In this document: piece after piece, positions 12,412-21,930 of the stretch
Numbering within the stretch: position 1 is the stretch's first letter
Layout: the number at the start of each line of letters is the position of its first letter
From: Macrostomum hystrix
Lineage: Eukaryota; Animalia; Platyhelminthes
Direction: 5' to 3'
Length of the DNA: 64,000 bases
Assembly: GCA_950097015.1 (NCBI GenBank)
Contig: CATNEN010000038.1
Coordinates: 1,798,001 to 1,862,000, forward strand
Notes under the pieces: model-generated
Databases searched by the model: none
Told to the model about the DNA's origin: nothing
What the model saw: only the letters and a program-made list of their open reading frames with translations
Position numbers and translations under genes: made by a program

Positions 12412-15400
12412 TTATTTGTAAATCGGATCAGGAGGAGCCGCGGTGTTTGGCTGGTGACCTGCCGGTTGATACGTTCGCGGCGGTGGCGGTGGCGCAGCTG
12501 TGGCAGGTTCGGGCTCATTGTCGTTCAGCGGTTGACGGGCATCTCGGCGAGGGCGGCCTCTGGGTCGCAGCGGTGGGGCCGGTACTGCTTCGCAGGGGTC
12601 CAGCACCGCAGGCTTCAGCCGATCCACCGCCACGTGATCGTGCCGCGTGCCCAAATCGAGCAGAAAGGTTTTGGTGTTGCGCTCGAGCACCTTGAATGGG
12701 CCGAAATACGGTCTTTGCAGCGACGGGCGGTGGCCGTCACGGCGGATGAAAACGTGCGTGCAAGTGTCCAGTGCGTCGGGCACGGAGGCTGCAACGCGGC
12801 CGTGTCGAGAGGTCGGAGGCGGTCGGAATGATTGCACAGCACCACGAAGCCGGGCTAGGAACTGGTCGTAGGAGCCTGTCGCGGGCGTGGCCTGTAGGCA
12901 CTCGCCCGGCACGGTCAGCGGCGCGCCGTAAACCAGCTCTGCAGAGGAGGCGCCAATGTCCTCCTTGGGGGCCGTCCTGATGCCCAGTAGTGCCCAGGGA
13001 AGCTCGTCGACCCAAGCCGGTCCAGTCAGGCGCGCCATCAGAGATGCCTTGAGCTGGCGATGAAAACGCTCCACAAGCCCATTTGACTGCGGATGAAAAG
13101 CCGTTGTGTGATGGAGCTGCATGCCAAGCAGCTTGGAAACGTTGGTCCACAGCTCTGAGGTGAACTGGGAGCCGCGGTCGGACGTGATGTCGCTGGGGAC
13201 ACCGAAACGGGCGATCCAGCCGGCGATGAAGACAGATGCGCAGGAGGCGGCAGAGGTGTCGACCATTGGAAATGCCTCCGGCCAGCGGGAGAAACGGTCG
13301 ACTGCTGTCAGCAAATAGGTGTAACCGCGAGACGGCGGCAACGGACCGACCAGATCAACGTGGACATGGGCAAAACGGCTGTTGGGCACCGGGATGCTAG
13401 ACGGTGGGGGGATCACATGCCGCTGGACTTTGGCCGTCTGGCAGGCGATGCAGCTGCGTGCCCACTGGCCGACGTCCCTCTTGAGTCCGGGCCACACGAA
13501 CTTCTCGGACACAAGGCGCCGTGTGCTGCGGACCGACGGGTGCGCCAGGCTGTGGATGGCGTCGAAAACGGCACGGCGGAAGTCGGCGGGCACCAGCGGT
13601 CGTGGACGGCCGGTCACGGTGTCGCAGAGGACCTCCAGGCCGGGGCCCAGCGCCACTCGTTCTAGCCTGAGACCGGTGTCCGCAAGCGCAGGGTCATCTA
13701 AAGTCTGCGCACGCGCTAGGGCCTCATAGTCTATACCAGGAAGCAGCGGCTGAACAGAGGCAACGGTGCAGCGGGACAGAGCGTCGGCCACCGGATTGTC
13801 TTTGCCCGCTACGTGCCGGATGTCGGTGGTGAACTCCGACACGTATGCGAGGTGCCGCTGCTGACGTGCCGACCACGGGTCCGACAGCTTGGCCATGGCC
13901 GCCACTAGGGGCTTGTGGTCGGTGTAGGCGGTGAAAAAGCGGCCTTCCAAAAAGTAGCGGAAGTGCCTAGTGGCGAGATAAAGAGCGAGCAACTCACGGT
14001 CGAAAGCGCTGTACTTTCGTTCAGCGGGACGCAGCTGCCGACTGAAGAACGCCAGCGGCTGCCACGCCTCACCGATGCGCTGCTCCAGGACCGCCCCTAT
14101 GGCGGTGTCCGAGGCGTCGACCGTCAGCGCCGTTGGAGCGCCGGGCTGTGGATGGGCGAGCATGGCGGCGTCTGCCAAAGCGCGCTTCGTACTGTTGAAG
14201 GCATCCGTCAGCTCCGGCGTCCACTGAACAAACTTTTCCTTGCTGGCCAGGGCGCCGTAGATGGGGCGCAGCAGCTGGGCGGCTCGCGGCACGAACCGGT
14301 GATAGAAGTTCACCATACCGGCAAACTCCTGTAGGCCCTTGACTGTCGCAGGCGGCGCGAACCGAGTGATGGCGTCGACTTTGTCGGGCAGCGGCACGGC
14401 CCCACGGCTGTTAATGCGGTGGCCCAGGAAGTCGATTTCACTGCGGCCAAACTGGCATTTAGCCGGGTTGGTAAGGAGGCCGTTGTCGGCCAGGCGCTGG
14501 AACAGCACACGCAGGTGCTTCAGGTGCTGCTGAGGATCGCTGCTCGCCACCAGGAAGTCGTCGATGTAGGCGAACACGAAGTCCAGGTCCTGGCAGACCG
14601 TGTCGATCAACCTCTGGAAAGCCTGGGCGGCATTTTTAAGGCCGAAAGGCATGCGAATAAACTCAAACAGGCCAAACGGGGTGATGACAGCCGTCTTAGC
14701 GATGTCGGCCTCCGCAACCGGGATTTGATGATAGCCGCGAACTAGGTCGATTTTCGAAAATATTTTGCATCCGGACAGCCGCGCTGAGAAGTCCTGGATG
14801 TGTGGCACCGGGTAACGGTCAGGCACCGTGGCATCATTGAGCCGCCGAAAATCCCCACAGGGCCGCCAACCGCCTGAGGATTTGGGCACCATATGTAGTG
14901 GCGACGACCAGGGGCTGCACGACCGCCGCACAATGCCGAGCTGCTCCAGAGTGCGGAACTCGTCCTTAGCCACCGCCAGCTTGTCCGGTGGCAGGCGGCG
15001 CGCCCTGGCATGAACGGGAGGCCCGGTCGTTGGTATATGGTGCTCCACGCCGTGACGAGGCCGGGCCTTTTGGAAGCTTGGCTCTGTCAGCGTAGGGAAC
15101 TCGGTGAGTAGCTGGCTGTACGGGTCTCCGGCAACCGCGGCGGCTAACTGCGGGGCCGTGCCAGAGCCGAGCACCAGGTGAACACTGGACAACGAGCTAG
15201 CGTCCAGCAAGCGACGGTTCGGCAGGTCCACCAAGAGGCCATGATGCCGCAGAAAATCGGCGCCGATCAACGGTCGGGACACTTCGGCAAGGATGAACGG
15301 CCAGGTGCAGGTCTTGACGCCGAGGTCAATTTTGAGCGTCTGGCTGCCGAAGGTACGTATCAGGCTGCCATTGGCCGCGAAAAGTGGCGGGCCGGGTGGG

Positions 15401-15531
15401 TGCGTGCGGGCGTCGGCCCCTGAGACCGGAAAAATGCTCACCTCCGCGCCGGTGTCGACCAGGAAACGCCGGCCGGTGGCCACGTCGGGGATGAGCAGAA
15501 GACTGTTGCTGCCGGCCGTCGAGGCATTCAC
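12412..15531 (-). CDS. pol: Gypsy Pol polyprotein (aspartic protease, RT, RNase H, integrase)
   Basis: Uninterrupted 1039-aa frame with LVDTGA; [24 protein letters not shown] and YIDD; [12 protein letters not shown] and YTDHKPL; H-x3-H...C-x2-C; HVDLVGP, SDRGSQF and NGLVERFH; and a GPF module. Confidence 0.95.
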   Translation of the reverse strand: MNASTAGSNSLLLIPDVATGRRFLVDTGAEVSIFPVSGADARTHPPGPPLFAANGSLIRTFGSQTLKIDLGVKTCTWPFILAEVSRPLIGADFLRHHGLLVDLPNRRLLDASSLSSVHLVLGSGTAPQLAAAVAGDPYSQLLTEFPTLTEPSFQKARPRHGVEHHIPTTGPPVHARARRLPPDKLAVAKDEFRTLEQLGIVRRSCSPWSSPLHMVPKSSGGWRPCGDFRRLNDATVPDRYPVPHIQDFSARLSGCKIFSKIDLVRGYHQIPVAEADIAKTAVITPFGLFEFIRMPFGLKNAAQAFQRLIDTVCQDLDFVFAYIDDFLVASSDPQQHLKHLRVLFQRLADNGLLTNPAKCQFGRSEIDFLGHRINSRGAVPLPDKVDAITRFAPPATVKGLQEFAGMVNFYHRFVPRAAQLLRPIYGALASKEKFVQWTPELTDAFNSTKRALADAAMLAHPQPGAPTALTVDASDTAIGAVLEQRIGEAWQPLAFFSRQLRPAERKYSAFDRELLALYLATRHFRYFLEGRFFTAYTDHKPLVAAMAKLSDPWSARQQRHLAYVSEFTTDIRHVAGKDNPVADALSRCTVASVQPLLPGIDYEALARAQTLDDPALADTGLRLERVALGPGLEVLCDTVTGRPRPLVPADFRRAVFDAIHSLAHPSVRSTRRLVSEKFVWPGLKRDVGQWARSCIACQTAKVQRHVIPPPSSIPVPNSRFAHVHVDLVGPLPPSRGYTYLLTAVDRFSRWPEAFPMVDTSAASCASVFIAGWIARFGVPSDITSDRGSQFTSELWTNVSKLLGMQLHHTTAFHPQSNGLVERFHRQLKASLMARLTGPAWVDELPWALLGIRTAPKEDIGASSAELVYGAPLTVPGECLQATPATGSYDQFLARLRGAVQSFRPPPTSRHGRVAASVPDALDTCTHVFIRRDGHRPSLQRPYFGPFKVLERNTKTFLLDLGTRHDHVAVDRLKPAVLDPCEAVPAPPLRPRGRPRRDARQPLNDNEPEPATAAPPPPPRTYQPAGHQPNTAAPPDPIYK

Positions 15532-16034
15532 TGACGGCCGGCCGGTCCATTTCCCGAGTACCGGCAGGGCTGTTCACAACGTCGGGCCTTGGAGCCGAAC
15601 TTCCGGTGGAAAAAACAGACCGGACCGCCTTCCTCTCTGGGCTGGTGCTGCTGTGGCTGGGCCCGGGCTGGACCGGCGGTCGTGGCCTGCCGAGCTGCGG
15701 CGACAACTACCGGCTGGTCGTGCGCCAGCGTGGCGGCTGCCAAGGGCTGGGCGCGGCTTGCCCAGAGCCGGTCCGCGAGCTGCGCGACCATCCGCGGGTC
15801 TTTGAAATCGGCGGAGACCAGTGCCATACGGATGTCGGCTGGCAGTTGCTGGCAGAACAGCTCTTCGAAGAGCATGCATGGCCGATGGTCGCCTAGCAGT
15901 GCCAGCATCTCGTCCATGAGTTCGGACGGGCGGCGGTCACCAAGGCCGGCCAGGGTGAGCAACCGGCTGGCCCGCTGCTGCTGTGTCATGCCGAAAGTGC
16001 CAAGCAGCCGGTCCCTTGAGCACGCCGTACTCAA
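15528..16034 (-). CDS. gag: Gypsy Gag, C-terminal part (5' end frameshifted/decayed)
   Basis: DRLLGTFG...[18 protein letters not shown]...LFCQQLP and the CHCC knuckle. Upstream EYGVLK is displaced by one base. Confidence 0.82.
   Translation of the reverse strand: MSTACSRDRLLGTFGMTQQQRASRLLTLAGLGDRRPSELMDEMLALLGDHRPCMLFEELFCQQLPADIRMALVSADFKDPRMVAQLADRLWASRAQPLAAATLAHDQPVVVAAARQATTAGPARAQPQQHQPREEGGPVCFFHRKFGSKARRCEQPCRYSGNGPAGRQ
15549..15555 (-). other. Putative -1 ribosomal frameshift heptamer G GGA AAT between gag and pol
   Basis: X XXY YYZ in the gag frame (TCG GGA AAT GGA...). The -1 frame reads [12 protein letters not shown] straight into pol, and GC-rich sequence follows. Confidence 0.7.
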
Positions 16035-16249
16035 GTTGGGGTGGCTGCCCTAGCACCACGCAGAGCGCTGGAGAGAGCGACCGCCACAAGATACAATTTT
16101 TTTGTTTAGTTTTGAGACAATAGGTACCCCTGGTGAGGTGAGCGAGCGCGTATATATATAGGTACGAGCGCGTATATACAGGGTGCTCGGCACAGGGCAA
16201 TAAAAAAGCAGGTTAATCTTGAAGATTGACTTCAAGCAGCCGATGACCC

Positions 16250-16996
16250 ATGGCCGTGGCTAGCGAATGTACCGACCTGAAGTCGCTGATGGCAGAGGTG
16301 ACGTCACCGCAGCTCGCGGAGATCTACTCACGGCTTCCCGACGAGACAAAAAGGTCGCGACAGCTGCGGATGGCGCTGACGGGACTCGCCATCGTCTCGG
16401 TGGCCGCAGCTCCGAGCCCGGAGTTCGCGACCTTCAGCGCGAGGCTGCAGTCGCTGTCGGGCTGCGGCTGCGCGGACGCGGCTCGGATGGCCGAGCGGGG
16501 CTTCTTCTGGTCAGCGGCTCGGCCGCAGCTGCTCTCCTGCTTCCACTGCGCCGCGGACTGCCTTGCTGTCAGCGTGGCAGCTGCGGCATCGGCTGCTGGC
16601 GAGCACCGCGGCGACTGCGCAGTGGCGAGGCTCGCCCACCTGCTGCAGCAGCCTGGCAACGGCCGGCTGGCGAGCGAGGCCGGCAGAGCCGAAGCCGGCC
16701 TGCTGAGGCAGCTCAGGCAGCTGCTGGCGAGGCCGGCGCTGCCGATCGCGGAGTCGTTCGGCTTCCAGCGAAATGCGCTCGTCTGGGCGCTCGCTCGGAA
16801 CCTGGTCGGTCCGGACGGAGCCGCGCCCGCCGACAGGGCCGGCCAGCTGATGCGGCTCGCCGACCAATTCGAGGCGCAGCTCCTCGGCTCCGCGCACCTG
16901 CTGCGCCACCCGCCGCTCGAGCCGCTGCTGGCCGTTACCGGCCCGACGCTTGCGGAGTCGCCGCGCTACGGGCTGGCTGAGTTTTGCAGAGTCTGA
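16250..16996 (+). CDS. Divergent BIR-domain (IAP-like) protein with a possible UBA-like domain, copy 1 (248 aa, intronless)
   Basis: PEFATFSARLQSL...ARMAERGFFW...LSCFHC...EHRGDC fits the BIR pattern (R..S, LA..GF, C-x2-C...H...C). LARPALPIAESFGFQRNALVWAL...GQLMRL resembles the IAP UBA. GC-rich coding composition. Confidence 0.65.
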   Translation: MAVASECTDLKSLMAEVTSPQLAEIYSRLPDETKRSRQLRMALTGLAIVSVAAAPSPEFATFSARLQSLSGCGCADAARMAERGFFWSAARPQLLSCFHCAADCLAVSVAAAASAAGEHRGDCAVARLAHLLQQPGNGRLASEAGRAEAGLLRQLRQLLARPALPIAESFGFQRNALVWALARNLVGPDGAAPADRAGQLMRLADQFEAQLLGSAHLLRHPPLEPLLAVTGPTLAESPRYGLAEFCRV

Positions 16997-17105
16997 CTGC
17001 TTCAAAAGGCATGTCAAATTGAAACAAATTAACTTCATTGAACCAAATGATTCCTAAATCCGAAATGTGATCCGGATTAGTGAATTAGTTGGCAAGCCAC
17101 CCACT

Positions 17106-17305
17106 GAGGGCGGATAGCTCAGTCAGTAAGGTGTCGGACTCTGGATCAGATGGTCCTGGGTTCGACTCCCGACCTAGTCTAGAACTATTCGTGCAGCCCT
17201 TGGCAACCTGCTTTGCCCTGATGTGCACACAGTCTACTCAGCTGCAAATGAGTACCGACATTTCGTCGGGTAATAATAATTCCGGCTGGCGTGGAATAAA
17301 GCAGT
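17106..17305 (+). mobile_element. tRNA-derived SINE (family B) with CORE-like central segment; 3' end uncertain
   Basis: A-box TAGCTCAGTCAG and B-box GGTTCGACTCC, followed by cccttggcaac...cagtctactcagctgcaaatgagtacc. Confidence 0.65.
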
Positions 17306-18102
17306 TCTGTGCGGCAATTCTGTGGGGTTTGGATGCTGCCAAAATGTTTGGAAAAAATAAATTCCATTGCTGACACGCGGCTGTCAACCGGTGTCCGAGA
17401 GAGCCGAGAGTACAATAGGTGTGCAGTCCCCACCTGCTAGTGTGCCTGACACACAACACCTGCACTGGCCCTTGGGTCTAGTGTCATTATTAAGCCACCC
17501 ACTCTGCGCCTGAAGCCTCGGCCCCATGTTAACTGTGAAAATTTAAAATGCACAAGCTTATTTTTTCTTTTGCTCACGTGAATCATCCTCCGACTGCAAG
17601 ACTCTGACGCCCCTGCGGTCTTTGTTGGCGCCCAGGTACTGGTACTAAAATATGGTTTGTAATGCCTTATCAGAGATTTAAACACATTTTTTGTAAATTT
17701 AGATACTCCTCATGTAAGTCGCTGATGGCCGATATTTAAACAAAAAACTGTTATTGAGAAGGCATTGTTAAGGAAAAGGTATTAATATTCCTTTTTGGCC
17801 GGCCAGGGTGAGCAACCGGCTGGCCCGCTGCTGCTGTGTCATGCCGAAAGTGCCAATCAGCCGGTCCCTTGAGCACGCCGTACTCAAGTTGGGGTGGCTG
17901 CCCTAGCACCACGCAGAGCGCTGGAGAGAGCGACCGCCACAAGATACAATTTTTTTGTTTAGTTTTGAGACAATAGGTACCCCTGGTGAGGTGAGCGAGC
18001 GCGTATATATATAGGTACGAGCGCGTATATACAGGGTGCTCGGCACAGGGCAATAAAAAAGCAGGTTAATCTTGAAGATTGACTTCAAGCAGCCGATGAC
18101 CC

Positions 18103-18849
18103 ATGGCCGTGGCTAGCGAATGTACCGACCTGAAGTCGCTGATGGCAGAGGTGACGTCACCGCAGCTCGCGGAGATCTACTCACGGCTTCCCGACGAGAC
18201 AAAAAGGTCGCGACAGCTGCGGATGGCGCTGACGGGACTCGCCATCGTCTCGGTGGCCGCAGCTCCGAGCCCGGAGTTCGCGACCTTCAGCGCGAGGCTG
18301 CAGTCGCTGTCGGGCTGCGGCTGCGCGGACGCGGCTCGGATGGCCGAGCGGGGCTTCTTCTGGTCAGCGGCTCGGCCGCAGCTGCTCTCCTGCTTCCACT
18401 GCGCCGCGGACTGCCTTGCTGTCAGCGTGGCAGCTGCGGCATCGGCTGCTGGCGAGCACCGCGGCGACTGCGCAGTGGCGAGGCTCGCCCACCTGCTGCA
18501 GCAGCCTGGCAACGGCCGGCTGGCGAGCGAGGCCGGCAGAGCCGAAGCCGGCCTGCTGAGGCAGCTCAGGCAGCTGCTGGCGAGGCCGGCGCTGCCGATC
18601 GCGGAGTCGTTCGGCTTCCAGCGAAATGCGCTCGTCTGGGCGCTCGCTCGGAACCTGGTCGGTCCGGACGGAGCCGCGCCCGCCGACAGGGCCGGCCAGC
18701 TGATGCGGCTCGCCGACCAATTCGAGGCGCAGCTCCTCGGCTCCGCGCACCTGCTGCGCCACCCGCCGCTCGAGCCGCTGCTGGCCGTTACCGGCCCGAC
18801 GCTTGCGGAGTCGCCGCGCTACGGGCTGGCTGAGTTTTGCAGAGTCTGA
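18103..18849 (+). CDS. Divergent BIR-domain (IAP-like) protein, copy 2 (identical translation)
   Basis: Same protein as 16250-16996, inside the second duplication unit. Confidence 0.65.
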   Translation: MAVASECTDLKSLMAEVTSPQLAEIYSRLPDETKRSRQLRMALTGLAIVSVAAAPSPEFATFSARLQSLSGCGCADAARMAERGFFWSAARPQLLSCFHCAADCLAVSVAAAASAAGEHRGDCAVARLAHLLQQPGNGRLASEAGRAEAGLLRQLRQLLARPALPIAESFGFQRNALVWALARNLVGPDGAAPADRAGQLMRLADQFEAQLLGSAHLLRHPPLEPLLAVTGPTLAESPRYGLAEFCRV

Positions 18850-18958
18850 CTGCTTCAAAAGGCATGTCAAATTGAAACAAATTAACTTCATTGAACCAAA
18901 TGATTCCTAAATCCGAAATGTGATCCGGATTAGTGAATTAGTTGGCAAGCCACCCACT

Positions 18959-19158
18959 GAGGGCGGATAGCTCAGTCAGTAAGGTGTCGGACTCTGGATC
19001 AGATGGTCCTGGGTTCGACTCCCGACCTAGTCTAGAACTATTCGTGCAGCCCTTGGCAACCTGCTTTGCCCTGATGTGCACACAGTCTACTCAGCTGCAA
19101 ATGAGTACCGACATTTCGTCGGGTAATAATAATTCCGGCTGGCGTGGAATAAAGCAGT
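18959..19158 (+). mobile_element. tRNA-derived SINE (family B), duplicated copy
   Basis: Copy of 17106-17305 at +1853. Confidence 0.65.
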
Positions 19159-19691
19159 TCTGTGCGGCAATTCTGTGGGGTTTGGATGCTGCCAAAATGT
19201 TTGGAAAAAATAAATTCCATTGCTGACACGCGGCTGTCAACCGGTGTCCGAGAGAGCCGAGAGTACAATAGGTGTGCAGTCCCCACCTGCTAGTGTGCCT
19301 GACACACAACACCTGCACTGGCCCTTGGGTCTAGTGTCATTATTAAGCCACCCACTCTGCGCCTGAAGCCTCGGCCCCATGTTAACTGTGAAAATTTAAA
19401 ATGCACAAGCTTATTTTTTCTTTTGCTCACGTGAATCATCCTCCGACTGCAAGACTCTGACGCCCCTGCGGTCTTTGTTGGCGCCCAGGTACTGGTACTA
19501 AAATATGGTTTGTAATGCCTTATCAGAGATTTAAACACATTTTTTGTAAATTTAGATACTCCTCATGTAAGTCGCTGATGGCCGATATTTAAACAAAAAA
19601 CTGTTATTGAGAAGGCATTGTTAAGGAAAAGGTATTAATATTCCTTTTTGCATCCAAATAAACACTGCGAGCACTCAATTTATATAACTAA

Positions 19692-20486
19692 TCTATATAA
19701 GTAATCTTGTACAATGTGTGTGTGAAGTGCACGCTGCAGGCTGATTGGCCGAACCGATTTTTTTCGGATTTTGTTCCCCTAGGTAGGTAATCAAAAATCC
19801 ACCAGAGGCTAATTTTTCATTAATTTGGCAGGAATTTAAGTACGCCTTTGAGGTGATACACAGTTATTTTCCCTATCTAATCAGTGTATTTTTCTCGGAA
19901 TCAGTGCTCAATTCTTCATATTTTTTAGTCTCGTATGTGTAGTCTATTTTCAGTTCATGGTGTACACTGTGGCTAAAAAGAGGATCCTAGACACTTCGTC
20001 ATCCAGCCAATTGGCATGCTTTAAAGTTTGGTCAGTTCGTCATCTACTAATAACAAGCAATCAGTTCGTCATCAATAAAGTGAGGGTGGGGTAGTGGGGC
20101 AGAGGTGTGAACACACTTCACACTCTAAATTGTCAAAAAGAGTTGTCAAAACTGATTTCATTAGTGATTGATTTCAAGAGTTGAAAGATAGGTGCCAACA
20201 CGATGTGAGGAGGGGTGGGGAGGGGTGGTTACGAGGTGCATTCAAAAAGAACTTTGAACCTCGTATGTTATAACTTTGAAAACTTTTGTTTTATAGATGA
20301 CTCAGTGTCGACAAGTCTAAGTCTCTTCGTCATTAGTCGTATTGAGTCGTATCTAAGTCTCTTCGTCGTATTTTTTAGTCTCGTATGTTTATTCTATTTT
20401 TAGTTCATGGTGTTCACGGTGGCTATTTATTCTATTTTTAGTTCATGGTGTTCACGGTGGCTAAAAAGTTTGGGCTGCGCAGCTAG
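19692..20486 (+). mobile_element. Probable non-autonomous Helitron
   Basis: Begins a|TCTATATAA...gtgtgtgtg...gaaccgattt and ends gcagCTAG|t. It sits between A and T with no TSD and has internal short duplications. The 3' hairpin is weak. Confidence 0.5.
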
Positions 20487-20524
20487 TTAATTAATACTTC
20501 ATAATTAAGCATTCTGTACGAGGG

Positions 20525-20614
20525 TCTGTCACTAAAGATTATTACCAGGCCTGAAGCATATAAACTAAATCTGTCACTAAAGATTATTACCAGGCCTGAA
20601 GCATATAAACTAAA
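20525..20614. repeat. 45-bp direct tandem repeat, 2 copies
   Basis: tctgtcactaaagattattaccaggcctgaagcatataaactaaa occurs twice. Confidence 0.85.
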
Positions 20615-21007
20615 AAAACGTTCATTTCTACTATTGGTATTTAAGGCCCGGAGCTAGAAAGTGCTTTGAATCGGGTGAACGTAAAAGCAAGAAAAAAACC
20701 AAGTGCAAAAGTAAATTACCAAAGCCCCAACTCTCTGCTTGATGGAATAATTTAGCAAGCGAATAGCAGAACCTGACTGAATTTTTTAATGCAGGTTGAC
20801 CGCAAAATTGGTCTAAGCTTGGTCGAAGTTTCAAAGACAGAAAAATCATCCTACTACGATTGATTTTGCACTCCTTCTCGGCCCATCTTGTTCCGTCTTG
20901 CGGCCATCACAGTCTCTCAGGTCACCTAGCTAGGTCACCTTTTAATTTGCCCAGTGCTCGCTGTCCAGCCAATCCGATTCTCCAGCCAAGCAGACTTTAT
21001 GAAATTA

Positions 21008-21920
21008 TTATGAAAATCGGTTAAGCCGATCGGGAGTTTGTCGATTGCAAACAAGCAAAGCAAAGTTTACATTTTTAGTATATTAGATTCATTTTATAAT
21101 AGTATAATCGATTATCGTGCAGTTCAAATCAAGGAATGTTTTTAGAAACTCACTTCTAAACTGCATTTTTATTGACGTTTTGCGATCAACCAGAGACCCG
21201 CAGATCAGTTTGGAAGTTAATAGTTACGTGCTAGCAAACTATGTTCGCCTCACAGCGTCAATATTTTCCTCTCAGAAGATTACTTCAGTTCAAACTGCAT
21301 AAAGTGTTAAGTACTCATAGCAAGCAATTATTTTTCGCTATCTAATGAACCACAGGCAGACTAAGAAAGTTCTGGGCTATAGAATAAGCAACCAAAACAT
21401 TTCATTTTTAGTATACTGGACTAGCTGGCTTTCGCCTCCCTCTCTGTGTGGCCTAATGAGCGCAATCACTTAAATTGGCAGCGGAGCCCTCACTGTACGC
21501 ATGAAATGCATTAGAAAAACCTATAAAAACTGCCTTTCGAATATTTAATCCCCTTGGCAATGAAGTTAAGGTTAATAAAACTACTTGTACCGATTCGGGC
21601 CCATTGACATCTTTTCGCGATGGAGTTATAAAAATCGGTTGAGCCGCCCGGGAGCAAGTCGACAGCAATTGCAAAATCTAAGATTATAAGTATATATAGA
21701 CTCTTCATTTTTAGTATAATTGATTCGTTATTAGTATAATTTATTATCGTGCAGTTCAAACCAAGGAATGTTTTTAGAAACTCACTTCTGAACTGTTATA
21801 TCGAAGTTTTGCCTTACACCAGAGACCCGCAGATCAGTTTAGAAATGTATAATTAGCAAACTCAGTTTAACGCGCTTCACGCTTTATCCTTTGATCTCAG
21901 AAGATTTTTTTAGTTCAAAC
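21008..21920. repeat. Diverged direct repeat of about 290 bp (21008-21296 and 21627-21920) downstream of K2P paralog 2
   Basis: Shared blocks aaaatcggtt, attatcgtgcagttcaaa.caaggaatgtttttagaaactcacttct, accagagacccgcagatcagttt and ctcagaagatt...agttcaaac. Confidence 0.8.
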
Positions 21921-21930
21921 TAATAACCCA

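Larger units (their letters stand above)
9554..12420. repeat. Long inverted repeat: arms 9554-10878 and 11096-12420 (1,325 bp each), 217-bp spacer
   Basis: Mirror-image ORFs have identical translations (for example 9817-10374(-) and 11600-12157(+); coordinates sum to 21974). Arm ends were checked base by base. Confidence 0.95.
12412..16095 (-). mobile_element. Ty3/Gypsy retrotransposon internal region, CsRn1-like lineage; no LTRs visible
   Basis: Gag carries a C-x2-H-x9-C-x3-C knuckle ([18 protein letters not shown]). Pol order is PR-RT-RH-IN. The 3' end is cut at the inverted-repeat junction (12420/12421) and the 5' gag decays around 16015-16095. Confidence 0.92.
15944..19649. repeat. Near-perfect tandem duplication, unit 1,853 bp (15944-17796 and 17797-19649)
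   Basis: All ORFs repeat at +1853. Junction is ttcctttttg|gccggccagg. One substitution was seen (gccaagcagc vs gccaatcagc). Confidence 0.95.

Noticed and set aside
16267-16980. 237-aa Arg/Ala-rich overlapping ORF (and its copy at 18120-18833)
   Set aside because: GC-rich alternative frame of the BIR-like ORF with no motifs.
17106-17185. Possible tRNA genes (also 18959-19040, 48000-48065, 48830-48903)
   Set aside because: A/B boxes are present but there is no clean cloverleaf, and where intact they continue into SINE bodies.
15944-19649. The 1,853-bp repeats as LTRs of the Gypsy
   Set aside because: They are adjacent, on one side of the element, start inside gag and lack TG...CA ends.
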